DNA of 34,320 nucleotides. Source: Promethearchaeota archaeon. GTDB lineage: Archaea; Asgardarchaeota; Lokiarchaeia; Sigyniarchaeales; SOKP01. Below, piece after piece: positions 18,324-28,089 of this stretch. Below the pieces are notes generated by a model. The model saw only the letters and a list, made by a program, of their open reading frames with translations, was not told the DNA's origin and did not search any database. A program made the translations under genes and the position numbers. The stretch lies in contig JBHLPW010000052.1 in NCBI GenBank assembly GCA_048939015.1, positions 1-34,320 on the forward strand, written 5' to 3'. Each line of letters begins with the position of its first letter. Position 1 is the stretch's first letter.

Positions 18324-19934
18324 ATGCTTGATTTTAATTTAGTTTTATCTTTATTAGTCTTATCTATAATATTTTATCTTACTTTTAGATCTCTTTCTCC
18401 TGCTAAAGTATTTGAGATAAATAAATATCTTAAATTAAAATTGGAGGGTGGAAGAACAAATATTTATGTAAAAGGTCGTAGATTTCAGCAATGTATGTAT
18501 TTATTGCTAAATATACCTATAGATCGTATTGAAGATTACGATGAGCTTGAATCCATTGATGAAGCTGCAGAAAAATTGGATAGAAGTCTAGAAGGTAATC
18601 ACAATAGACCAATTCTAAGGATATCTCCTGAAGAAGAATTCCAAGGACATTGTTCAAACATTCAAGCATGGGCAGAAAATGGTTATGATACAAGAATTCT
18701 TCATCGAAATCTTGCATTTCCGCTATTAAAAAGGTTAAGTGAAGTAGGTGATCCCTTAGCCAAAAAAGTATTTTCAGAAGAAATTGCCATTAGACTGGCA
18801 AGTAAACATCCAACGGTTATTCAATATTTAACCCATAATGGATATTTAAGATATCTAAATCCTGATGAGCTTGAAAGCATTTTTGAGGATATAGATCCCA
18901 CTTTCTTACAGGATTTAACTAGAGACTTAAAATTTTTAATTGCAAATCATCCAGATGCTGATCTAACATCATCAATCAATTTCTTAATTCATAGAATAAA
19001 TAGGGATTTTGGCATTGATCATATATCTTTAATCACTTCAAAAATTTTACCTGAGATTCCTGAAAATTATAGAAATGTTTTAGTAAAAGAAATATATAAA
19101 ACAATGAAAAATAATAAAAGATTTCCCTTGATTCAATACATTAATAAACATATTGAATATTTGAAAGACTTCGATTTTGAATATAATTTTATTAAATATG
19201 AAGGTAGAATTGTCGCATCATTTAGGAATGATAAAATCTATTTGAATGATCAAAACATTCGTCAAATATCTAGTTTAGAAATTATTAATGACAAAATAGA
19301 TCAAGTAAAGGACTTAGATTTAAGTAATAATAAAATATCTGAACTAAATGGGATTGAGAAATTTTCAAACTTACGCGTCTTGAAATTGAATAACAATAAA
19401 ATTACAAGAGTAGAAGGATTAGATTGTCTTGAAAATTTAGAAAAATTATTTTTAAGACGAAATAAAATTACTGAAATTAAGGATCTCAAAAACTCAAAAA
19501 CTCTAAAATATATTGATTTATCTAATAATCCAAGCTTAACCGAAATACCTGAAACCCTGAATGATTTACCTAATCTTGAAATGGTTAAACTTTGGGATTG
19601 TAATATAAATAAAATCACAGAATCAACAGAAAAGTATTTTTGGATGAATCAAAACTATAGGTTTTTCAAAGGTTATAATGAAAATGATAAAGCATATTAT
19701 GAAACTGCATATAGAAGAGAAGCTTCATCTGATAATAAACTATATAAACATTATGTGGAATGGGTATTAAAAATGAGGAATTTGATGAAGATACATCATT
19801 TTACTTATCAGGATATATATAGATTTAATGAAGAAACCTCGAAAAATGCAATATGGTCGGGAAGAGTAACCAATGATTTTAAAAAATGGATATATGATAA
19901 AAAATACCAAAAGAAAATCACATTCTTTCTGTAG
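18324..19934 (+). CDS. Lokiarchaeal-type LRR protein with an N-terminal conserved domain and a possible membrane anchor
   Basis: N-terminal hydrophobic helix, FQQCMYLL...EEEFQGHCSNIQAWAENGYDTRILH domain, and SDS22-like LRRs (LDLSNNKI, LKLNNNKI, LFLRRNKI). Confidence 0.85.
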   Translation: MLDFNLVLSLLVLSIIFYLTFRSLSPAKVFEINKYLKLKLEGGRTNIYVKGRRFQQCMYLLLNIPIDRIEDYDELESIDEAAEKLDRSLEGNHNRPILRISPEEEFQGHCSNIQAWAENGYDTRILHRNLAFPLLKRLSEVGDPLAKKVFSEEIAIRLASKHPTVIQYLTHNGYLRYLNPDELESIFEDIDPTFLQDLTRDLKFLIANHPDADLTSSINFLIHRINRDFGIDHISLITSKILPEIPENYRNVLVKEIYKTMKNNKRFPLIQYINKHIEYLKDFDFEYNFIKYEGRIVASFRNDKIYLNDQNIRQISSLEIINDKIDQVKDLDLSNNKISELNGIEKFSNLRVLKLNNNKITRVEGLDCLENLEKLFLRRNKITEIKDLKNSKTLKYIDLSNNPSLTEIPETLNDLPNLEMVKLWDCNINKITESTEKYFWMNQNYRFFKGYNENDKAYYETAYRREASSDNKLYKHYVEWVLKMRNLMKIHHFTYQDIYRFNEETSKNAIWSGRVTNDFKKWIYDKKYQKKITFFL

Positions 19935-20030
19935 CAAAATAATTATTATATACCACTGTTAACTTTTTTGTCAATATACAATGTATATTAAATCATTAAA
20001 TTTTTAAAAAATCTTATTATTAGGTATCTT

Positions 20031-21137
20031 ATGACGGAAGTAAATAATTACGAAATTGTAAGACAAAAACTGCAAATTGGAAGAATTTTTGCTCCCAAAC
20101 ACAAGAAAATATTTAAATTGATGAAGATCTTCTGGAATGAAGAAGAGATTAAAATACTTACCCATTTTAAAAATGTTGGTGGAAAAATCTCATTAAAAGA
20201 ATTAGAAAGCAAGACTGGTATTCCTAAACAAGAAATAGAAAAGATTTTGGATAGATCGGTAAGAAATGGAACTATTCTTAAATCTAATTCTGATTATAGA
20301 TTACTTCCTCTAGCACCAGGTGTATTTGAACTATATTTCATCAAACGGAAAGATTCCGAAGAAAATCAAAAGAAAGCTGCTGAGATTTACAGGTATATTT
20401 TTAAGAACCGAGCACCAGATTTAGAGAATGTTAATAATATACGAAAGGGATTCCGTCCTTTACTTCCATATGACTCTGAAGAGAAGCTAATTAAAGTAGA
20501 TAAATCTTTTGATGTTGAGAATCAAGTTCTGCCTTTTGAGGTAGTTAAAGATATGATCGATAAAAATGACACTTTTGGAGTTATACCTTGCCAGTGTCGG
20601 TTGATTGGTGAATATACAGGCGACCCTTGTGAGTTGGCGCCTGCTGAAATGGGTTGTTTTGTTGTCGGAGAATCAGCAAAAAGGTGGATCTCTGAAGGTG
20701 CGGCAAGAAGCCTAACTCGAGAAGAAGCTATTGACTTTATTAGAGAAACTGAGAAAAGAGGACTTATCCATAATACAATTTCTGATACTAGTAAAGATAC
20801 ATCAAGATTTATTTGTAATTGTTGTAGTTGTCATTGTGGAGTACTTCATCCAGCAAAATTATACAGCTATAAGGGTGTTGTTGAAACTAATTTTGTTCCT
20901 GAATTTGATATGGAACTCTGTACAAAATGTGAAACTTGTATGAAAAAATGTCAAAGTAATGCAATTTATCATCTCTGGCCAAAAAAATCTGATTCATCAG
21001 ATGAAAGTATGAAAGTTCGAGAAGATTTATGCGTAGGTTGTGGAATTTGTGCTGTGAATTGTCCTAATAATGCAATTAAAATGGTCAAAGTAAAAAATGA
21101 ACATCCTGCACGGTTACCTTTAAGCTTCTTATTTTGA
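20031..21137 (+). CDS. 4Fe-4S dicluster protein with an N-terminal wHTH-like region
   Basis: PCQCR, ICNCCSCHC, CTKCETCMKKC and CVGCGICAVNCP. Confidence 0.9.
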   Translation: MTEVNNYEIVRQKLQIGRIFAPKHKKIFKLMKIFWNEEEIKILTHFKNVGGKISLKELESKTGIPKQEIEKILDRSVRNGTILKSNSDYRLLPLAPGVFELYFIKRKDSEENQKKAAEIYRYIFKNRAPDLENVNNIRKGFRPLLPYDSEEKLIKVDKSFDVENQVLPFEVVKDMIDKNDTFGVIPCQCRLIGEYTGDPCELAPAEMGCFVVGESAKRWISEGAARSLTREEAIDFIRETEKRGLIHNTISDTSKDTSRFICNCCSCHCGVLHPAKLYSYKGVVETNFVPEFDMELCTKCETCMKKCQSNAIYHLWPKKSDSSDESMKVREDLCVGCGICAVNCPNNAIKMVKVKNEHPARLPLSFLF

Positions 21138-21197
21138 ATTAAAACAAACTTAATAATTGAGATTCAAATTTTTTTAAATTTATTTATACAGTTGACA

Positions 21198-22139
21198 TTA
21201 AGAATAATTTAACATCTTCTCAATAGGTTGTATTGCACGTTTTGCAATCTCAGGAGGGACTTTAATTTCAAAAGCACGGTCATCTAAATTCTCTAAGAGA
21301 TATTTAATCAATTCTAGATTATGTTTCTTCATATTATAGCAGATTAATTTGTCCATCACGGAGTAAAAGTTTTTATCTGGAAAATCTTGGGTTATTCTCT
21401 CTAAGAACCCAAGTTCAGTACCAACAATAAAGTCTTCTTCCCCAGGACTGCTATTCTTAACTCTATTATACATTTGTGCTGTTGATCCTACAAAATCAGA
21501 TAATTCTCTAACTTCCCTTTTACATTCAGGATGAACTATGAGAGTTGCACCTGGGTGAGCTTGGCGTGCATCTTTAACATGGCCCACTTTAATTTGGGAA
21601 TGTACATAACAGTGACCATTATCAGGCATCTGAATACAGCTTATACCAGAATACTTTTCAGCATAATCTGCTAAATTTGCATCTGGCCCGAAGAGAACCT
21701 TTTTTACATCAAATTCTGTACTAATCCTTTTTACTATACTAACTGCATTTGAAGAAGTACAGCATATATCAGATTCAGCTTTAACAGCTGCAGTTGAATT
21801 AACATAAACGACAACGGGAATAGATGGATATTCTTTTTTAAATTCCTTAACCATTTCAGGAGTTAGAAAAGCTGCCATTGGACAGCATGATTCATAATTC
21901 GGAATTAATACATGTTTATCTTGATTAATTATTGAAGCAGTTTCAGCCATGAAATCCACACCTGCAAATATTATGTATTCTGAATTAGTTTTACTAGCCT
22001 TACGAGATAATCCAAGTGAATCCCCTACATAATCAGCGATTTCTTGTATTTCTATTGGTTGATAATAATGAGCTAAAATAGTTACACCATCAATTTTTTT
22101 TAATGATAAAATTTCTTCCTGCAATTGCTTTTTTGTCAT
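21198..22139 (-). CDS. nadA: Quinolinate synthase A
   Basis: ILAHYYQ, VGDSLGL, GVDFMAETA, CPMA, YVNS, CCTSSNA, CYVH, HPEC, GST and ICYNMK. Confidence 0.97.
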   Translation of the reverse strand: MTKKQLQEEILSLKKIDGVTILAHYYQPIEIQEIADYVGDSLGLSRKASKTNSEYIIFAGVDFMAETASIINQDKHVLIPNYESCCPMAAFLTPEMVKEFKKEYPSIPVVVYVNSTAAVKAESDICCTSSNAVSIVKRISTEFDVKKVLFGPDANLADYAEKYSGISCIQMPDNGHCYVHSQIKVGHVKDARQAHPGATLIVHPECKREVRELSDFVGSTAQMYNRVKNSSPGEEDFIVGTELGFLERITQDFPDKNFYSVMDKLICYNMKKHNLELIKYLLENLDDRAFEIKVPPEIAKRAIQPIEKMLNYS

Positions 22140-22260
22140 ATTAAAATTAAATAATTTTGACGTGTTTTAATATTTATAAATAAAGTAACCTAAAATAAGT
22201 TCTTTTATAATGAATAATAAAAAAAAAAAGAGTAATCAAGAAGAATAAAAATTTAATTTA

Positions 22261-23127
22261 TTATATACTAAAGATTTCTCTAAATTTATTTTGATCTACG
22301 ACGTTTGCTGCTAAAATGCTAGCCATCGAACTAATGCCTGTATTGTGTCCTTGTTTATTGAATCCTGCACAAAATTCGCCACAAACATAAACATTCCTAA
22401 ATTTATGAATAATCATTAGTTCAAATGCTAAAAGAAAAACTTTAACATTAGTGATTACACCAAATACTCCGATTTTTACATCTTTATGGGAGCTTCCTGC
22501 ATTCTTAATAACTGTCTCTAGTACAGATTCGAGATCTGTCTCATCAAATGAACTAAGACTATTAGAATTTATTATTACGTTGAAATCATGATGTTCTTGT
22601 ATTAGCTCATCCAATGGTGATACAAATTTAGCTCCATAAGTGCCCTTTATACAATGGGGTCCAAAAAGATCCATTTCTCCTTTTTGAGATTCATCTGTAA
22701 TATCATGCCAATCTCTTAGATGAATGCATTGATATTCTAATCCGCTGTTATCATCTGAATTTGATTCAGAAGCTTTATTCATTAAATCTCGTATAAATTG
22801 TCTCAATTTATCTCCTTCCCATAATCTTCTTGATTCATCATAATCAACATGAACTCTTTGTCTGTAATATTCTAAAATATGATGGTAAGATATGGGGGTT
22901 TCTATGACCTCATTGCTAACATTTTGCTTTAGCCATTGTATAAACTTGTCGATATTTGCTTCACTAGTGTCTCTATTCTGATTTAAGAAATATTCCATCC
23001 ATTTCTGTGAGACTTGTTCGTAACCTACTTTCAAATCATCAATTGCAATTATATTATTATCTAATGGTTCAATAAAATCGTTCTGAACAGAACACGTAAT
23101 GATAACATTTAATTTTTTATTTTCCAA
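22261..23127 (-). CDS. Isochorismatase/nicotinamidase-fold protein with a divergent active site
   Basis: VQNDFI, RDWH and FGPHCIKGTYGA are PncA-like. GVITNVKV replaces the canonical GxATDxCV. Confidence 0.82.
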   Translation of the reverse strand: MENKKLNVIITCSVQNDFIEPLDNNIIAIDDLKVGYEQVSQKWMEYFLNQNRDTSEANIDKFIQWLKQNVSNEVIETPISYHHILEYYRQRVHVDYDESRRLWEGDKLRQFIRDLMNKASESNSDDNSGLEYQCIHLRDWHDITDESQKGEMDLFGPHCIKGTYGAKFVSPLDELIQEHHDFNVIINSNSLSSFDETDLESVLETVIKNAGSSHKDVKIGVFGVITNVKVFLLAFELMIIHKFRNVYVCGEFCAGFNKQGHNTGISSMASILAANVVDQNKFREIFSI

Positions 23128-25567
23128 ATTTCTTTCTCCTCCTTTTTCTCATTTTTTCATCCAATTCATCTATATCAATATCTCTTTTCTTTCCACTGCG
23201 TGATTGCACTATCATCATTATAAAAATGATAACAATAATACCAATAGACGCAACATTAACAATTGTCGAAATCATGTTAAGCATTGTCTCATCAATTTCC
23301 AAAGAGGTTAATCCCTCTTCAATGAAACCCCAAAAACTCAATATAAATTCAATAATGATAATTTTCGCAAAATATTCATCAATCATTTTCCCTAGTTTTG
23401 ATTTCAAACCTTTACCAATTTGAACTTTAGTTTTCGGAGTTAAAGGATAGATAAAATTATTTTTAAAAGCTTCAATGATTTTGAAATCATCTTGGTTACT
23501 TGTAGTTGATTCTGAAGGCTCCAATGTTTCTGTATATTCTACAGTTATTTTTCTTATAAAAATATTAGCAAAATCCTCTACAGAATACCCTTCATCAATT
23601 TGAAAAGTGCAATCTGCGTAATAAATACTTTCAGGTTTTTTAATCTCCTTAACTTTATCTAAGGATCGTGTTGGATTTGTTAAAATTCGTAGGAAATTTT
23701 TGGAATAAGTGAAATCAGAGAACATTAAAGTATCCTTATCTCCTCGATCATCTTCAATATCTATAGTAATATTGTTTAATAAGGGAATGAAGCTTGTTTG
23801 AACTCTATTTAATACCATTAAAAACCTAATTTGAGTCTGAGTTCGATCTTTTAAAATTATATAAGGCAGTTCTCGAGATTGGGTCGTTATTTCTACGAAA
23901 TTGGAATCTTCAATTTTTTCACCCATTTCTGAAGTTGTCAAATATAAATTAAAGCTCCATGGAATATCCGGTAATTTAAAAATTGAATTTCTTATACTAT
24001 TCCAATATGCAGTATAGTTTTGTTTTACGCCAAGCATGAATTCTTTTTGAGATTTTAACTTCGATTCAAAATTCATAAATGATGGTATAAAGAAAGAACC
24101 AAGTTCTCGCATATCGTATTCTATTTTTTGTTCTGTTTTACTTGCTAATTCGATTTTCCTTACTTTAATTAATCGTTTTTTAATAATGTTATATAATTCA
24201 TTCAGAGTGTCTACATTTTCAGGACTGTATTTAGCGAATTGTTTCAGATTATCTCCATAGATCTTTCTATACAACTCTGGATCATTTTTCTTTATGAATT
24301 TAAGTTGTTGGATAAAGTGCCAGACACCACCAAAATTACGTAGTACTAAAATCTTATTATACTTAGAGACAATGATGTAACGATTATCGGGAGTTACCTT
24401 AATATTTTTTACAAAGTTTAATCCTTTCACTTGGATTTCTTTTATTATATTTTTTTCTTCATAAAGGTCGATGTAGTGTCCTAGATCTATGCTTCTTATC
24501 CAATTGAATTCACTCAAGTCCCAGATTTTTATCGTATTATCTTTTGAAGCTGATATCAAATAATTTTCATCAGTCTGTAAATCAATAGCTAAAACAGCTT
24601 CAGTATGTCCAATGAGTTCTTTCTTTTTATTAAACAAATTTTCAATATTTCTTTCCCAGATATTAATTACGGCATCAGTAGAAGAAGTTGCTATCCATTT
24701 ACCATTCCTGCTTATACTTATATCTGTGATTGCACCATCATGTTCACCGATTAATACAGAATCTGTTCCTGCTGTAATATTCCATAATTTTACTTTGCCA
24801 TCTTTAGAACCAGAAATTATAATATCTTCTTTAACCCACCTATTGATCATTATTTTGGTAATCCAAACATCATTCGTTCCAATTGCATGAATTTCACCAT
24901 TTTTAGAAACCAAACCAGAATCACCTATAGTAACTTCAATTTCATTTAAAGTATTATCATGAGTTTTTTCTTTCCATATTGTTGTATGTATGTTATTTAG
25001 CGTATAATAAATATGAAGTAAATCATTCTGATTTGGATCTTCTTGAATTTTAATATCAAATATAGATTTTGGATACTGTTTTGGATCTTCACTTCCTCCA
25101 GAAAGAATATTTGACTTATAGTTTTCAAAATCCCATTTCCTTGAACCCTGTGGCAATTTAAAACTCCAGATATATATATCGCCAATTATACTTCCAGCAC
25201 ATATTATCCACCATTTAACATTTCCTTTCTCAACAACAGTTGAATCAATGCAGAGTAACCAATTTGTAACCCTTACGAGTTCATGCTTTTTCTTCTCTGC
25301 TTGAAGGATTATTTCTGGTTTAGTTTCACCTTCTAAAAGTTCATCAATGTTCCATACAATTAAATGCGGATCTTCATTTTCTTCACATTCTGAGCAAGAT
25401 ATTAGGAATTTTCCATCCGGACTAATTTCAATGTCTCTTACTTCAAGTTTATGTTGTGATAATACAGTTTGAATTGCTTTTTTAGAGACTTTTGCTTCAC
25501 TAGAGATTTTTTCGTTTTTATCTTTCTTAGAAATTCTACTTTCGAAGGACCTAGTTTCCATTTTCAT
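23117..25567 (-). CDS. WD40 beta-propeller protein with a C-terminal two-TM anchor
   Basis: WD repeats SGSKDGKVKLWN, TSSTDAVINIWE and GHTEAV...SASKDNTIKIWD; two hydrophobic helices near the C-terminus, then a basic tail. Overlaps the downstream gene by 11 nt. Confidence 0.88.
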   Translation of the reverse strand: MKMETRSFESRISKKDKNEKISSEAKVSKKAIQTVLSQHKLEVRDIEISPDGKFLISCSECEENEDPHLIVWNIDELLEGETKPEIILQAEKKKHELVRVTNWLLCIDSTVVEKGNVKWWIICAGSIIGDIYIWSFKLPQGSRKWDFENYKSNILSGGSEDPKQYPKSIFDIKIQEDPNQNDLLHIYYTLNNIHTTIWKEKTHDNTLNEIEVTIGDSGLVSKNGEIHAIGTNDVWITKIMINRWVKEDIIISGSKDGKVKLWNITAGTDSVLIGEHDGAITDISISRNGKWIATSSTDAVINIWERNIENLFNKKKELIGHTEAVLAIDLQTDENYLISASKDNTIKIWDLSEFNWIRSIDLGHYIDLYEEKNIIKEIQVKGLNFVKNIKVTPDNRYIIVSKYNKILVLRNFGGVWHFIQQLKFIKKNDPELYRKIYGDNLKQFAKYSPENVDTLNELYNIIKKRLIKVRKIELASKTEQKIEYDMRELGSFFIPSFMNFESKLKSQKEFMLGVKQNYTAYWNSIRNSIFKLPDIPWSFNLYLTTSEMGEKIEDSNFVEITTQSRELPYIILKDRTQTQIRFLMVLNRVQTSFIPLLNNITIDIEDDRGDKDTLMFSDFTYSKNFLRILTNPTRSLDKVKEIKKPESIYYADCTFQIDEGYSVEDFANIFIRKITVEYTETLEPSESTTSNQDDFKIIEAFKNNFIYPLTPKTKVQIGKGLKSKLGKMIDEYFAKIIIIEFILSFWGFIEEGLTSLEIDETMLNMISTIVNVASIGIIVIIFIMMIVQSRSGKKRDIDIDELDEKMRKRRRKKFGK

Positions 25568-25704
25568 TACTTTTGATAAGATATATTTTGAATTTTTTTA
25601 ATTAGATTTATAATTATATGAAAGCAAACATATAAAAATTCTTAAGCGTCAATAATTGTACTAATCAATATGTACAACAAAATTTCAATCATAATTTCTA
25701 TTAG

Positions 25705-28089
25705 GTGATAATTATTGAACAATTAAAAGAATATAATGGGGTTTTTTTAATAGCATCAGAAGTAGAATTCCTTGAGGAAATTGAGAAATTAATAGGTGAA
25801 ATGATTCCTTGTCGTGAAAATAGGGATGAATCTAAAGAGCAACATGCACAACAGACGATGGCATACCAACCTCCTCCAACTCAAATGTCTGCCGAGACGA
25901 TTTTATATCAGCAAGCTCAAGCACTAAAAGCTCAAGCAGCACAACAAGAACAATTGGCACAGTTACCGTTAGAACAGTTAGAAAATACTTATATAAATCA
26001 GTATATGGCGCAAGTAAACCCAGCAATGCAGGCAAATATTCAAGCACAGCTTAATTCTCTCATACCAATGTTAGGAGAAGACCATCCTTCTGTACTGCAA
26101 ATGAAAGAAATATTAGAAATGGATGAAGACAAAGCACAACAAAAAGGAAGGGCAATGGCATTGTTTATGCAGGAAAACTTTAAACTTCAAAAGATAAACA
26201 AACAGGAAACTCAAAGAATTCAGGATGTAATGTTTTCTCAAATATCCTTTGAAGAATTGGAAAAGGAGAGTATCATATATTATAATTCAATTATAAATCC
26301 AGAATATCAAGAACAATTGAAAATAACTGTTGATGTTGGGATTCAACAATTGGGTACTGACGACCCCACTTTAGCTGGTTTGAAACCTTTATTGGGCTTG
26401 AATAAAGAATCAGCTATCCAAGCTGCTAAACAACATGCTCAAACAGTATATCAAAATATTCAAAATATCCTAGCTCAGTACGGGGTTCAAACACAAGCTC
26501 CACAAGAGTCGCAAGAAGACAAAATCGAACAATATAAGCGAGAAATCTCTGAGAAACCTGTCGATGTAAGCCATTTTGGTTATGCCTGCGATAATAAGCG
26601 CATAATTGGTCTCAATTTAGTAATGAAAGATTTGGATATCTTACCAGATAGAATTGGAAATTTATCCAAATTACGATTCTTAGATCTCCAATGGAATAAA
26701 ATTGATTCATTACCCGAAAGTTTTGGTAATCTAGTAGAGTTAGAAGAGTTAAATTTGAATGGATCTTGGTCATCAAATGATGATAAAGCAATATATAATG
26801 CAGTCACAGAACTTCCTCAATCATTTTGTAATTTGAAAAATCTCAAAAAGTTCACATGTGAATCTAATGGATTAAGGAATCTTCCCGTTAATTTTGGAGA
26901 GTTATCTTCCCTTAAGAAAATTAATTTAGGTACAAATAGGATAACTGAAATCCCAGAATCAATAGGCAATTTAATTAATTTAACTAGTTTAGATCTTGGA
27001 AGTAACAGAATTTCAAATATTCCTTCCTCACTTTATAAATTAGAAAGACTAGATGATCTGGTTCTTTCTTACAATAATATAGAATTAATTCCTGAATGCA
27101 TTGATCAATTAAAATCATTATCCAGGCTTTTTTTACGTGGTAATAAAATAACATCGTTGCCGGATTCTATCTCAAATTTAGAGAAATTGGATACTTTATG
27201 GCTTGCTGAAAATGGGTTAACCGAAATTCCTGAGAATATTACTAAGCTGAATTTAAGAGACTTAAGTATAGGCGAGAATCAACTTAAAAATCTTCCATAT
27301 TTTATATATACAATGGAATCTTTGAAAGATCTAGACATTGCTGGTAATCCTTTCTCGGAGGAAGAACAAAGTATTGCCCAAAGAGATACTAATGCTATTC
27401 TAGAATATTGTCGTCAGCGAGCAAGCATAGCAGTTATGTTAATTCACACTGAAGTTGATTCCGAGGCTCATCGTATAGCAGAATTATCTGAATTTTTAGA
27501 AACCAAAAGTGAAATATATGCTATCCTTCCTCCTATAGAATCTAACCTTAATGCTACTGATTTAGTTTTATTTCTTGCCACAGCTGGCTCTATCAATTCT
27601 CCAGAAATGGTTCAAATCTTAAAAAATGCTAAGAGTCAGGGTATTGAGGTAGTGCCTTTAAAAGGCTTAGATGTTAGTTGGGGCGACCTTGCCAGTGTAG
27701 ATCTTAGCCGTGAGTTAGGACATGAATTTACTCCTAATGATTTCAATGGTTTTTGTGAGAATGTATATAGTTATATCCAGCAATTAAAACGGTCACATAA
27801 TATCTTTAAGGATAAATCTACAATCCTACTAAAAGAAGCAGCAGCAGAAGTTGGGGATCCTACAGGTTTTGGAACATTTAAAGCCGAACTTGATCGCATA
27901 TTTCATTTACCTGAAATGAAGGAATTTTTTGAAAAGAACCAGACATCATTAACTGGAATATGTAATAACCTTCAATCTGCAAAAGTCGGGGGAGAAGGAT
28001 TATTTCTAACTCAACTTTCTGCCTTTTTCATGGGATTTATACAACAAAAGAAGGCTATGCAACAATATTTTGGAGGTGGGCAACAATGA
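25705..28089 (+). CDS. LRR protein with a Q-rich repeat insertion and a degenerate C-terminal TIR-like domain
   Basis: About 10 LPESxGNLxxL-type LRRs. The C-terminal region aligns to the TIR of the next gene. The GTG at 25705 lies inside the GGTGA SD, so the true start may be ATT at 25711 or 25714. Confidence 0.85.
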   Translation: MIIIEQLKEYNGVFLIASEVEFLEEIEKLIGEMIPCRENRDESKEQHAQQTMAYQPPPTQMSAETILYQQAQALKAQAAQQEQLAQLPLEQLENTYINQYMAQVNPAMQANIQAQLNSLIPMLGEDHPSVLQMKEILEMDEDKAQQKGRAMALFMQENFKLQKINKQETQRIQDVMFSQISFEELEKESIIYYNSIINPEYQEQLKITVDVGIQQLGTDDPTLAGLKPLLGLNKESAIQAAKQHAQTVYQNIQNILAQYGVQTQAPQESQEDKIEQYKREISEKPVDVSHFGYACDNKRIIGLNLVMKDLDILPDRIGNLSKLRFLDLQWNKIDSLPESFGNLVELEELNLNGSWSSNDDKAIYNAVTELPQSFCNLKNLKKFTCESNGLRNLPVNFGELSSLKKINLGTNRITEIPESIGNLINLTSLDLGSNRISNIPSSLYKLERLDDLVLSYNNIELIPECIDQLKSLSRLFLRGNKITSLPDSISNLEKLDTLWLAENGLTEIPENITKLNLRDLSIGENQLKNLPYFIYTMESLKDLDIAGNPFSEEEQSIAQRDTNAILEYCRQRASIAVMLIHTEVDSEAHRIAELSEFLETKSEIYAILPPIESNLNATDLVLFLATAGSINSPEMVQILKNAKSQGIEVVPLKGLDVSWGDLASVDLSRELGHEFTPNDFNGFCENVYSYIQQLKRSHNIFKDKSTILLKEAAAEVGDPTGFGTFKAELDRIFHLPEMKEFFEKNQTSLTGICNNLQSAKVGGEGLFLTQLSAFFMGFIQQKKAMQQYFGGGQQ

